Assembly (NCBI GenBank): GCA_021160405.1
Contig: JAGHCO010000136.1
Coordinates: 1-26,087 of the forward strand
Length of the DNA: 26,087 bases
Direction of reading: 5' to 3'
From: Candidatus Aerophobota bacterium
GTDB lineage: Bacteria > Aerophobota > Aerophobia > Aerophobales > JAGHCO01
Both the position numbers and the translations under genes were made by a program. The notes under the pieces were generated by a model, which was not told the origin of the DNA, did not search any database, and saw nothing but the letters and a program-made list of their open reading frames with translations. Every line of letters starts with the position of its first letter. Within the stretch, counting starts at the first letter, position 1. Positions 9,239 through 16,900 of the stretch are shown piece by piece.

Positions 9239-12200
9239 TTAAATATTTTCTTCAGGAAAACGAGACAGGACTACAGCTTCCTGAGGGAGAACTGTTCTAT
9301 CCCCTTCATTCAAGTTTCTTGCAGGCTTTTCTGAGAATCTTCCCCGAGGAAGAGGAAATATTGCAATCTCTTCACTTTCCTGAATCCTTTTATCAACATA
9401 AGCTAAGCCAACTTGAAAATCTTCTGCTAAAGTGCAACTGGTAACTTTTCCAACATATTTGCCTCTTTTATCTACTACAGGGTCATGCGGTCTTATCATC
9501 CTACCATAGCTTGATTTTAATTTAAACCTTATAATTTTCTTTTCCCTTCCTCTCTCTTTTTCCAATAAGATTTCTCTTCCAATAAAAAAGGGTTTATGAA
9601 ACTTAACAAAAGCTCCATAACCTGCTTCAATAGGGTCAATTTTGTACCTTCCGTCAAGTTCATGTCCATGTAAAGGAAGACCTGCCTCCACTCTGGTTGA
9701 ATCTCTTGCCCCCAGGCCACATGGTTTAACTTTAAATTCCCTACCTTTTTCCAAAATCAAGTTCCAGATGAATGGAGCATCCTTAGGATGAAGGTAAAGC
9801 TCATAGCCTATATCTTCCCCGGTATAACCTGTGCGAGAGATTATCATTTTTACTCCAGCAATCTCTCCTTCTATAAATTCATTCTTCTCCAGTCTTGCTA
9901 TCTCTTCTTGTAATTTTTTATTTTCTGCTAATTTTTGCAAGATTAAAACTGATTTAGGTCCCTGAAGAGCTATATCTACTTTTTGTTCCTCTCCCGTTGA
10001 TTCATCTTTTAAATTTTTAATATTTACCGCGCTTGCAATTTCTCTTGGTGGATAACTTTTATCTATAATATAGCGTTTAGAATTAACTGCCTTTAACCAG
10101 CTTAATACTTTTTCCTGATTGGCGGCATTATCAACAATCATATATCTTTGCTTTCCGCGGCAATAAATCATAATATCATCTATTACATTGCCATCAGGGT
10201 CAAGGAGGAAGCTATACTGAGATTGTCCAATCTTTATCCATCGAACATAGTTGGTAGTAACGACATCTAAAAAGTCGGCGGCATTTTCTCCACTAACTTC
10301 CAAAATTCCCATATGACTTACATCAAAGAGCCCTGCCGCCTCTCTCACTGCTCTGTGTTCTTCAGAGATACTTTTATAATAAATGGGCATTTCCCATCCA
10401 GCAAACTGAGTGAATTTTGCTCCCAATTTTAAATGTTCCTCGTATAAAAAAGATCTTTTAGTTTTTTTCTCTTTCTCCTGATAGTGAAACTCCTCTTTTT
10501 TTACCTCTAGGGGTATATTATTTTGACTAAATAGTTTTTGTCCGATAAAATAAGGTTTGGATAGGTCAAAATAAGAGAGAAAATTTTTATACAAAGATAA
10601 ACCATCAATTTTACCTCTCTCTTCAGAGGAAATTTTTTCCTTTAAATGAACATGCTCTCCCCTTTTAATATCAGCCAGATTAACTTTTAAGGTTTCACTT
10701 AACTTTTGTAAAGTTTCCTCTTTCGTTTCTGTTAAATCTTCCACCACCACTGGCCCCTGAATTTTAGCAAATATATCATCGGGATCAAAAATAATATACC
10801 CATCTGATAAACCTTCCAGCCAAAGCTTTACCCTCTGAGTTTGAGACAGGGTAGTTGCAACTAAATAACGATCTTTTCCTTTATTATCAGGAGGGAGATG
10901 AACAATTAAAACATCATCAATAAGCTTCCCTTCAGCGTCTAAGAAAAAAGAGGAAGCAAACTCACCTGGCTTAAGATTAGCTATATTAGCAGTAGATAAT
11001 TCTTGCAGGAAAGGCTTTGCTCTTTCTCCACTTACTTTTAGGACTCCTATATTGCTCTCTTCCCTGTTTGATTCTTGTTTAAGTAAATCAGGCTCTTTTT
11101 GAGAAAAGGCAAATTTTGGTATTTCAGCTTCTTTTTTCTGGATTAGCTCTGTTACCTCTTTTCTTACCTCCTCAATTATATCAAGGTTTATCTTCCCCCT
11201 TGGTAGATCTCCCGTTAATCCTTCATAAATAAAGGGGTGAATGTTAGTTATAACCCTGTGAATAAGCTCTGCTATTTTCTCCATTTCCTCTTTTCCAAAT
11301 CCTCGCTGAGTAGCCCAGGGAGTTCCCAATCTAATAGCACTTGCCTCAGCAGCAGTTTCATCTCCAGGGATAGTATTTTTGTTAACTACCAGGCCACAAA
11401 GATCCAAAATGCGGGCAGCCATTTCTCCTTTTAAAGGAAAGCCGGTTTTTGTTTTAATAGCATTTAAATCAACCAATAAAAGGTGAGTATCAGTTCCTCC
11501 ATAAGCTATTTTCAGCCCCTTTTTTTCTAATGATGAGGCTAATACTTTAGCATTTTCAACTATTTTTTCCTGGAGTTTTTTAAACTCCTCTGTCCCGGCA
11601 ATTTTAAATGTAGTTGCTATAGCTGCAATTGTATTGATGTGAGGACCTCCCTGTTCCCCGGGAAAAACAGCCTCATCTATTAGTTTAGCTTTTTCTCTAT
11701 CGGTAGTTAAGATAACTGCTCCGCGAGGACCACAGAGGGTTTTGTGAGTGGTAAAAGTTATAACATCAGCAAAGCCGACTGGACTTGGATATATCCCAGC
11801 AACTACCATTCCTGCAACATGGGCAATATCAGCAAATAAAAGCGCCCCTACACTATCAGCAACTTCTCTAAACTTTCCCCAATCAACACTCCAGGGGTAA
11901 GCACTGTAACCTGCAATTATTATCTTGGGTTTGTATTGATAGGCAAGGTTTTTAATAGCATCATAGTTAAGTTTCCCACTTGTTAGATCAGCCTCATAGG
12001 GGATGACCTTGTAGTATTTGCCAGAACGGTTAAATTCACTCCCGTGGGTAAGATGTCCTCCATAAGATAGGGACATACCCATAATTGTATCACCTGGTTT
12101 AATAAAAGCCGCATAAACAGCATTATTTGCTGCCGCCCCTGATAAAGGTTGGACATTAACAAAAATTTTATCGGCACTCACCTTATCTGTGGCAAAACAC

Positions 12201-12592
12201 TTAGCTATTCTTCTTTGAGCCAGCGATTCAACAAAATCAGCGAACTCAACTCCTTTGTAAAAACGTCTATCAGAGTAGCGTCTATAGTTGGCAAGCTGAT
12301 AGTTATAATCAAGCAACACTTTTTCATCATTTTCTTCACTCATTCTTGGGGAAGGATATCCTTCAGCATAGAGGTTGCTAAAAGGTGATGATAAAGCTTC
12401 TCGAACAGGTTTTGGGCAGATACTCTCCGAAGGTATAAGAATAATTTTTTGTATCTGCCGAGCTTTCTCAAAATCAATAATAAGGCTTATGTCGGGGTCT
12501 ACTTTAGAAAGTTCCGCCTCAAGATAATATGAATAATCTCTCCCCTTACCCTTAAATTTTTCCTTTGATAAAAGACCTTTTTTTTCTTCCAT
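9239..12592 (-). CDS. glyA-gcvT: Fusion of serine hydroxymethyltransferase (about aa 25-485), a partial GcvT folate-binding domain (about aa 513-620) and a full GcvT aminomethyltransferase (about aa 710-1117)
   Basis: SHMT motifs: YAEGYP, NVQP, GGHLTHG, TTHKTL, GGTDTHL, IRLGTP. GcvT motifs: EHRAVR, GLFDVSHMG, SRTGYTGE, GLGARD, EAGLPLHG. One uninterrupted ORF. Confidence 0.93.
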   Translation of the reverse strand: MEEKKGLLSKEKFKGKGRDYSYYLEAELSKVDPDISLIIDFEKARQIQKIILIPSESICPKPVREALSSPFSNLYAEGYPSPRMSEENDEKVLLDYNYQLANYRRYSDRRFYKGVEFADFVESLAQRRIAKCFATDKVSADKIFVNVQPLSGAAANNAVYAAFIKPGDTIMGMSLSYGGHLTHGSEFNRSGKYYKVIPYEADLTSGKLNYDAIKNLAYQYKPKIIIAGYSAYPWSVDWGKFREVADSVGALLFADIAHVAGMVVAGIYPSPVGFADVITFTTHKTLCGPRGAVILTTDREKAKLIDEAVFPGEQGGPHINTIAAIATTFKIAGTEEFKKLQEKIVENAKVLASSLEKKGLKIAYGGTDTHLLLVDLNAIKTKTGFPLKGEMAARILDLCGLVVNKNTIPGDETAAEASAIRLGTPWATQRGFGKEEMEKIAELIHRVITNIHPFIYEGLTGDLPRGKINLDIIEEVRKEVTELIQKKEAEIPKFAFSQKEPDLLKQESNREESNIGVLKVSGERAKPFLQELSTANIANLKPGEFASSFFLDAEGKLIDDVLIVHLPPDNKGKDRYLVATTLSQTQRVKLWLEGLSDGYIIFDPDDIFAKIQGPVVVEDLTETKEETLQKLSETLKVNLADIKRGEHVHLKEKISSEERGKIDGLSLYKNFLSYFDLSKPYFIGQKLFSQNNIPLEVKKEEFHYQEKEKKTKRSFLYEEHLKLGAKFTQFAGWEMPIYYKSISEEHRAVREAAGLFDVSHMGILEVSGENAADFLDVVTTNYVRWIKIGQSQYSFLLDPDGNVIDDIMIYCRGKQRYMIVDNAANQEKVLSWLKAVNSKRYIIDKSYPPREIASAVNIKNLKDESTGEEQKVDIALQGPKSVLILQKLAENKKLQEEIARLEKNEFIEGEIAGVKMIISRTGYTGEDIGYELYLHPKDAPFIWNLILEKGREFKVKPCGLGARDSTRVEAGLPLHGHELDGRYKIDPIEAGYGAFVKFHKPFFIGREILLEKERGREKKIIRFKLKSSYGRMIRPHDPVVDKRGKYVGKVTSCTLAEDFQVGLAYVDKRIQESEEIAIFPLPRGRFSEKPARNLNEGDRTVLPQEAVVLSRFPEENI

Positions 12593-13779
12593 TATTTTTC
12601 AACTGCTTTTTTAATTCTTTTCAGACCCTCTAATATACCTTTTTTAGAGGTTGCGTAGGATAATCTTATGTATTCCTCTTTTTCTCCTTCGTTTCTACAC
12701 CCAAAGCAGCTCCTGCTTAGCACTGCCACATCTGCCTCATAAAGAAGGTATTTTTGAAGTTCTTTGGAGCCTTTGAGATTAAGATTTTGGCAAACCTCAG
12801 TCACATTAGGGTATATATAAAAAGCCCCCTTTGGTTTAATGCATCTTATTCCTTTAATTTCATTTAATCCTTCCCAGATAATCTCTCGTCTTTCTTTAAA
12901 CTCCTTTACCATAGATAAAGAAGAATCCTGTGGACCTTCCAGAGCTTCAACTCCTGCATATTGAATAAAGGTATTTGTGCAGGAGTTAATATTAGTCTGG
13001 ATTCTGGTAATATCTTGCGCTAAATCTTTCCTCATTACTCCAAATCCTAACCTCCAGCCAGTCATAGCATAGGTTTTTGAAAAACCATCTATTAAAATTG
13101 TTCTTTCTTTCATCCCTGGAATAGATGCTATGCTTTTAAATTCTGTATCATAAATAATTTGAGAATAAACCTCATCTGATACAATCCAGATATTTTTTTC
13201 CTTAGATATTTCGGCAATCATCTTTAGATCATCTTGGGTTAAGATACCTCCTGTAGGATTTTGGGGAGAGTTAATAATTATCATTTTTGTTTTGTCAGTT
13301 ATCTTTGCCTCTAATTGCTCGGGGTCAAAACTAAATTCTTTTTCTTCTAAAAGAGGAAGAGGAACAGGTTTTGCTCCAACAAAGTTTATGAACGATTCAT
13401 AAATTGGGAAACCCGGATTTGGATATATTACCTCATCTCCTTCATTAACACAGGCGAGAATACCATAGGCAATAATTGGTTTTGCTCCTGGGGTAATTAC
13501 CACCTCTTCAGGGTCTACTTCTATACCTCTGGTTTTAGAAATATACCGGGCAACTGATTCTCTTAAGGAAGGAACACCAGATGAGGGAGAGTAATGAGTA
13601 TACCCATCTTTAATTGCCTTTACTCCTGCATCTTTAATGTTTTGCGGTGTATCAAAATCAGGTTCTCCAATGGCAAAGCTTATAATATCTTTTCCTTCTG
13701 CTTTTAGTTTGTTCACCTCTGCCAAAACTTCAAAGGCAGTTTCAGTTCCTAACCTCTTCATCCTTTTTGCTTTTTCCAT
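12592..13779 (-). CDS. PLP-dependent class I/II aminotransferase (aspartate aminotransferase-like)
   Basis: 395 aa. IGEPDF, NSPQNPTG, SDEVY, GFSKTYAMTGWRLG (PLP lysine); TAATG coupling to the glyA-gcvT start. Confidence 0.92.
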   Translation of the reverse strand: MEKAKRMKRLGTETAFEVLAEVNKLKAEGKDIISFAIGEPDFDTPQNIKDAGVKAIKDGYTHYSPSSGVPSLRESVARYISKTRGIEVDPEEVVITPGAKPIIAYGILACVNEGDEVIYPNPGFPIYESFINFVGAKPVPLPLLEEKEFSFDPEQLEAKITDKTKMIIINSPQNPTGGILTQDDLKMIAEISKEKNIWIVSDEVYSQIIYDTEFKSIASIPGMKERTILIDGFSKTYAMTGWRLGFGVMRKDLAQDITRIQTNINSCTNTFIQYAGVEALEGPQDSSLSMVKEFKERREIIWEGLNEIKGIRCIKPKGAFYIYPNVTEVCQNLNLKGSKELQKYLLYEADVAVLSRSCFGCRNEGEKEEYIRLSYATSKKGILEGLKRIKKAVEK

Positions 13780-13794
13780 ATTTTACCTTCTTTC

Positions 13795-13812
13795 ATACCA
13801 AAGATATATTAA
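13795..13812 (+). promoter_or_regulatory. Candidate operator ATACCAA-N4-ATATTAA, copy 1
   Basis: ataccaaagatatattaa lies between the predicted -10 and the aminotransferase start; 14/18 identical to the copy at 14542-14559. Confidence 0.45.
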
Positions 13813-13822
13813 AGATATTTAA

Positions 13823-13851
13823 TTTATATCACATAAAAAAAATTTTGTCAA
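13823..13851 (-). promoter_or_regulatory. Putative sigma70 promoter for the aminotransferase-glyA/gcvT-gcv operon
   Basis: On the - strand: TTGACA (13851-13846), 17 nt, TATAAA (13828-13823), with a TGn extension. Confidence 0.55.
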
Positions 13852-13875
13852 GATGTAAATCAAAATCTTTATTAT

Positions 13876-14487
13876 TTATAACTGAGCTTTTATTTTCTCT
13901 ATAAAGAATTCAGCGTGGGCAGCTAATATGTTAGCAGATGAATCCTTATCTTTTTTTTCAATGGCAGAAATTAACCTCTGAAAGTCCTCTCTGAAGGTAT
14001 ACACGAAGGATTTGTCCTTTGGCAAAATCCACAATCTTAAAACTCTATCTCTTAGGGCTTGTAAAATACCGTAAAGCACTTGATTATGAGTTGCCATATT
14101 TATTAAATCGTGGAATTTAGAATCTAATTTTATTAATTCTTTCTCATCCAAATTGTCTTTGAACTTATTAAGAAGGTTTTTCATTTTCTCTATTTCATCT
14201 TTTGTTGCTCTTTCGGCTGCTAATTTACCAGCTATCTTTATAAGAGGTCTTCGCAGTTCCATCACATCAATAAGTTCTTTAAATTCAACAGAGCTAACAT
14301 GAACTCCACTATAGGGGACTATCTCAACTAAGCCTTCAGCATCAAGACGAACCAAAAGTTCTCTTAAAGGGGTTCTTCCTATGTTAAATTCCTTCATTAG
14401 CTCTTTTTCCTTTAATACCTGGCCTGGTTTGTAATCACCTAATACTATTTTCTCCCTTAAAATAGAGTAAACGCTGTTTTTATCCAA
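13876..14487 (-). CDS. GntR-family (FadR/FCD) transcriptional regulator
   Basis: 203 aa, TTG start after GGGAGG. wHTH segment (KELMKEFNIGRTPLRELLVRLDAEGLV); FCD-like LDSKFHDLI...NQVL...AH. Confidence 0.9.
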   Translation of the reverse strand: MDKNSVYSILREKIVLGDYKPGQVLKEKELMKEFNIGRTPLRELLVRLDAEGLVEIVPYSGVHVSSVEFKELIDVMELRRPLIKIAGKLAAERATKDEIEKMKNLLNKFKDNLDEKELIKLDSKFHDLINMATHNQVLYGILQALRDRVLRLWILPKDKSFVYTFREDFQRLISAIEKKDKDSSANILAAHAEFFIEKIKAQL

Positions 14488-14533
14488 ATTATTTCCTCCC
14501 TATAGTTTGTTAAAGGCAAGACTTATATATCTC

Positions 14534-14562
14534 TTGCCAAGTTAATATCCACTTGGTATAAT
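14534..14562 (+). promoter_or_regulatory. Putative strong sigma70 promoter for the transketolase
   Basis: TTGCCA (14534-14539), 17 nt, TATAAT (14557-14562), with an extended -10 TGn. Confidence 0.6.
14542..14559 (-). promoter_or_regulatory. Candidate operator ATACCAA-N4-ATATTAA, copy 2
   Basis: Reads ataccaagtggatattaa on the - strand; overlaps the spacer and -10 of the transketolase promoter. Confidence 0.45.
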
Positions 14563-14563
14563 A

Positions 14564-14592
14564 TTAATATATTATTAATGTATTTTTGTCAA
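14564..14592 (-). promoter_or_regulatory. Possible promoter for gntR
   Basis: TTGACA (14592-14587 on -) followed by an AT-rich -10 region; the exact hexamer is ambiguous. Confidence 0.35.
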
Positions 14593-14597
14593 AGTCT

Positions 14598-14632
14598 GTC
14601 CTCTCATCGGAAAAGAGGACTTTATCTTTTTT
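14598..14632 (+). terminator. Hairpin plus T-rich tract in the transketolase leader (possible attenuator)
   Basis: gtcctct-catcggaaa-agaggac followed by tttatctttttt. Confidence 0.3.
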
Positions 14633-14671
14633 CTGAGAGTAAGTTTAAGAAGGGGAAAAGGAGGTTTATAA

Positions 14672-16705
14672 ATGCCCATTATAGATTCTAAGACAGGAAA
14701 AGTAAGAAGGAATTATACAGTTGAGGAGTTAGTAGAAAAGGCAAGAGAGATGAGAGCATACAGTATGGTTGCTCTTACTGCAGCTTCCTCAGGGCATACT
14801 GGTGGAACCATGTCAATTATGGATATTGCTGCAGCCCTTTACCTCAAAAAGATAAGACATGACCCAAAGAATCCTGAGTGGGAAGACAGAGATAGAGTTT
14901 TTTGGTCTACAGGTCATAAAGCTCCTGCCCTTTATGTAGCTTTGGGTGAGGCAGGTTATTTCCCAATAGAAGAGATAGTAAAGTTAAGGAAGCTGTGGTC
15001 TGGTTTTGAAGGTCACCCTAATAGATTAAAGCTACCAGGGGTTGAGCTTTCTGCTGGGTCCTTGGGACAAGGTTTAGGCGTAGCAGTAGGCTGTGCACTT
15101 AATGCTAAGTTAGAGGGGAAAAGTTACAGAGTTTACTGTATCAATGGGGATGGGGAGCTTGATGAGGGTTCTATTTGGGAGTCTATAATGTGCGCTGCTC
15201 ATTATAGATTAGATAATCTTGTATCTATTGTTGATAGAAATAATTTGCAAATTGATGGTCCTACAGAAAAAGTGATGAGGTTGGAATCTATTGTTAATAA
15301 ATGGAGAGCTTTTGGATGGAACACTATTGAAATTGATGGTCATAATATAAGTGAGATTCTAAACGCTTTAGATGAAGCTGAGAAGGTAAAAGGAAAACCA
15401 ACAGTGATAATCGCTAAAACAACTAAAGGAAAAGGTGTCTCCTATGCTGAGAATGTAGTTGGTTACCATGGCATTCCTCCAAAGGATGGAAGGTCAGGAA
15501 AAGAATCGTTAGATAAGGCTCTGGGAGATATAGGCGATCCTAAATTTACTAAAGAGAAGATAGATAAACTTCTAAAAATTGCCAATGATTATCAAAGAGA
15601 AGTTGATAAAAAGATAGATGCTTCTTTGCCTAAGTTTAGTAGAAATTACTGGTGGAATTCAACTGATAAGATGAAGGTTAAGATGGATGCTACCAGAAAT
15701 GGCTTTGGTAGGGCTATAGAAAAATTGGGTGATGATAAAAGAGTTGTTGCTTTGGGAGCTGATATTACAAATTCAATAAGAATGAATAAGTTCTATGCTA
15801 ATCATCCCGAGAGAAAAAATAGATTTTTTAGTATAGGTATAGCTGAGGCTAATATGACTTTGGTAGCATCTGGTTTAGCTAAGGAGGAAAAAATACCATT
15901 TATTGGCTCTTATGGGGTCTTTATAACTGGTAGAAATTGGGACCAGTTAAGAACTACTGTATGTTACAATAACTTTAATGTAAAGATTGCCGATGCTCAC
16001 GGTGGTATCTCAGTTGGAAAGGATGGAGCTACCCATCAGGCACTGGAGGAAATAACTAACATGTGTTATCTACCCAATATGCGTATGGCTATCCCCTGTG
16101 ATTCAGTTGAAACAGAAAAGGCAACTAAGGCAATAGCCTCTATTGATGGGCCTTGTGTAGTTAGGTATGCAAGGGAGGCAACTCCCATAGTAACCACCAA
16201 TAATACTCCCTATAAGTTTGGTTTAGCAAACATAATAAGGTATAGAGGTGAGAGGGAGAATTTTATAGAAGCATTTGAGATAAAGCTTTCCACTGACTAT
16301 ACCTCAGAAAACGAGGATTTAAGTATAATTTCCTGTGGACCTATGGTCCCAGAGGCGATGAGGGCGGCTTATATTTTAAGAGAAGAGTTTGGAATCGAGG
16401 CAAGAATACTAAATGTGCATACAGTTAAACCAATTGATAAGGAGGCAATTGTAAGAGCAGCGCAGGAAACAGGTATTATAATCACAGCGGAAGAGCATCA
16501 GGTTGGTGGTTTTGGAAATATTGTAGCAGGAGTGATAGCAAAGGGTAAAAGATACACTTCACCATTGCTGATGGATATGGTTGGGGTAGAGGATAAATTT
16601 GGTGAATCTGGAGCACCATGGGAGTTAATGAAAGCATTTGGTCTAACTGCTGAGCACATTGCAAAAAGGGCTAAAGAGTTGTGGGATAAGAAAAGTGATG
16701 CGTGA
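14672..16705 (+). CDS. tkt: Transketolase-family enzyme with N-terminal TPP-binding and C-terminal subunits in one chain
   Basis: 677 aa. SGHTGG, DRVFWSTGHKAP, FEGHP, GSLGQG, GDGELDEG...N TPP motif, GIAEANM, DGATHQALEE, EEHQVGG; AGGAGG RBS. Confidence 0.88.
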   Translation: MPIIDSKTGKVRRNYTVEELVEKAREMRAYSMVALTAASSGHTGGTMSIMDIAAALYLKKIRHDPKNPEWEDRDRVFWSTGHKAPALYVALGEAGYFPIEEIVKLRKLWSGFEGHPNRLKLPGVELSAGSLGQGLGVAVGCALNAKLEGKSYRVYCINGDGELDEGSIWESIMCAAHYRLDNLVSIVDRNNLQIDGPTEKVMRLESIVNKWRAFGWNTIEIDGHNISEILNALDEAEKVKGKPTVIIAKTTKGKGVSYAENVVGYHGIPPKDGRSGKESLDKALGDIGDPKFTKEKIDKLLKIANDYQREVDKKIDASLPKFSRNYWWNSTDKMKVKMDATRNGFGRAIEKLGDDKRVVALGADITNSIRMNKFYANHPERKNRFFSIGIAEANMTLVASGLAKEEKIPFIGSYGVFITGRNWDQLRTTVCYNNFNVKIADAHGGISVGKDGATHQALEEITNMCYLPNMRMAIPCDSVETEKATKAIASIDGPCVVRYAREATPIVTTNNTPYKFGLANIIRYRGERENFIEAFEIKLSTDYTSENEDLSIISCGPMVPEAMRAAYILREEFGIEARILNVHTVKPIDKEAIVRAAQETGIIITAEEHQVGGFGNIVAGVIAKGKRYTSPLLMDMVGVEDKFGESGAPWELMKAFGLTAEHIAKRAKELWDKKSDA

Positions 16706-16777
16706 ATGCGTAGAAGAGTCAAAGAGAAAAGGTTCTACGTTCAACGTAAAAAAATGGTAAATATTCAGTGAACCATG

Positions 16778-16893
16778 TGTCATTGTGAGGAGTGTAAACA
16801 AGGAAGCAATCTCGGTTTTGGGATTGCTCATTTGTCATTGCGAGCGATAGCGAAGCAATCTCACGCCTGCCTTTGGCAGGCTCGCAATGACAA
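16778..16893. repeat. Composite REP-like palindromic element (GTCATTGCGAG...GAAGCAATC family) between convergent tkt and ackA
   Basis: Perfect 14-bp inverted repeat ttgtcattgcgagc (16832-16845) / gctcgcaatgacaa (16880-16893); inner hairpin gcctgcc-ttt-ggcaggc; a degenerate second copy from 16778 with an agcaatc/gattgct stem. Confidence 0.8.
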
Positions 16894-16900
16894 TAGTATA

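Noticed and set aside
14563-14671. TPP or glycine riboswitch in the tkt/gntR intergenic region
   Set aside because: A lone ctgaga is present, but the other conserved aptamer elements are absent and the region is very AT-rich.
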